From positions 1 to 37,134 of the forward strand of contig JAGGUU010000158.1 in assembly GCA_021158305.1 (NCBI GenBank): a DNA stretch of 37,134 nt, written 5' to 3'. Each line of letters begins with the position of its first letter. Within the stretch, counting starts at the first letter, position 1. The notes under the pieces are model-generated. The model had not been told where the DNA came from. It ran no database searches and worked only from the letters and a program-made list of their open reading frames with translations. A program made the translations under genes and the position numbers. The DNA is from Candidatus Bathyarchaeota archaeon (GTDB lineage: Archaea; Thermoproteota; Bathyarchaeia; Bathyarchaeales; DTEX01). Positions 36,453-37,134 of the stretch are shown here, piece after piece.

Positions 36453-36709
36453 AGCCGCATGAGGTTATCCTATATCCCCTAATGACTGAGGCTACCAACC
36501 GCCTCCTTGAAAAAGAGAATAAGCTAGTCTTCATCACGAATATAAAGGCGACAAAGAAGGATATAAAAAGGGCAGTGGAGGAGCTTTACAACGTCAAGGT
36601 CAGCAAAGTTAACACGGTTATCACCAGCAGAGGCAAGAAGAAAGCATTTGTTCGGCTTGAGCCTGGATACAGCGCAACAGATGTCGCAATCAAGCTAGGA
36701 ATATTATAG
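36449..36709 (+). CDS. rpl23: 50S ribosomal protein L23 (uL23).
   Basis: The ATG at 36449 overlaps the L4 stop (ATGA). The sequence is [51 protein letters not shown]. The track ORF from 36428 is an N-terminal over-extension. Confidence 0.9.
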   Translation: [86 protein letters not shown]

Positions 36710-36727
36710 TCTTAGGGGGTTAAAGGT

Positions 36728-37134
36728 TTGGGTAAGAGAATACGGGTTCAGAGACGTGGAAGAGGCTCACCAACATGGCGTGCCTCAACACACAAAAGAG
36801 TCGCACCTTCAAAGTATCCGAATCCGCCTAAGGAAGTCTTAGGCGGCGTTATGATAGGCCGCGTTAAGCAGATTTTGCACGATCCCGGCAGAGGAGCGCC
36901 TCTAGCATGCATAGAGCTTGAGAATGGCGAGACCTTCTACTCTGTTGCTCCTGAAGGAATCTATGAGGGACAAGCGCTAGAGATAGGCGGCAAAGCTAAT
37001 GTAAAGGTGGGGAATATCCTTCCAGTCGGAGAGATCCCCGAGGGAACAATGATCTGCAACATTGAGCTCTCCCCGGGAGACGGTGGCAAGATGGTTCGTT
37101 CCTCCGGAACATACGCGACCGTCGTCTCGCACAC
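36728..37134 (+). CDS. rpl2: 50S ribosomal protein L2 (uL2), N-terminal part. It runs off the window end.
   Basis: It is not in the track because it has no stop. The TTG at 36728 gives (M)GKRIRVQRRGRGSPTWRASTHKRVAPSKYP...GRVKQILHDPGRGAPLA...GTMICNIELSPGDGGKMVRSSGTYATVVSH. Confidence 0.9.
   Translation, partial: MGKRIRVQRRGRGSPTWRASTHKRVAPSKYPNPPKEVLGGVMIGRVKQILHDPGRGAPLACIELENGETFYSVAPEGIYEGQALEIGGKANVKVGNILPVGEIPEGTMICNIELSPGDGGKMVRSSGTYATVVSH

Noticed and set aside
1-37134. Looked for CRISPR arrays, IS elements, integrases, toxin-antitoxin pairs, restriction-modification or other defence modules, and tRNA-flanked islands.
   Set aside because: I saw no regularly spaced direct repeats by eye, no transposase- or integrase-like ORFs, and no nuclease/helicase/methylase clusters. 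The segment between the two tRNA genes holds only the frameshifted PfpI gene.

Overview
This is a dense, almost entirely housekeeping chromosomal segment from an archaeon. The archaeal markers are TFE, MBF1, NAC, aEF-1beta, Trm56, CDC48/VCP, DUF373, the head of the L3-L4-L23-L2 ribosomal operon, and BHB-type tRNA introns. Moderate GC, frequent TTG/GTG starts, GGTGA-type Shine-Dalgarno sites and multi-intron tRNA suggest a TACK/Thermoproteota-like lineage, but I cannot assign a species without a search. I can support about 43 protein genes and 2 tRNA genes. One protein gene is truncated at each window edge and one is frameshifted. I see no rRNA, CRISPR array, transposase, integrase or recognisable defence or accessory island, and I found no convincing novel multi-gene system. 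The most unusual object is a tRNA-Tyr(GUA) gene at 10486-10702 that appears to be interrupted by four BHB-flanked introns, leaving 6-7 nt micro-exons. Other points worth a second look: two translation-associated GTPase genes (HflX, YchF-like) whose conserved N-termini lie upstream of any ATG/GTG/TTG codon; a DJ-1/PfpI gene broken by a 1-nt frameshift in an A-run; a perfect 20-bp palindrome over a TATA box in front of an ArsR-hsp20 pair; a stand-alone LigD-type 3'-phosphoesterase coupled to an unknown ORF; and a 35-nt perfect repeat between the two Walker A regions of CDC48. Most long antisense ORFs in the supplied track are shadows of the real genes.
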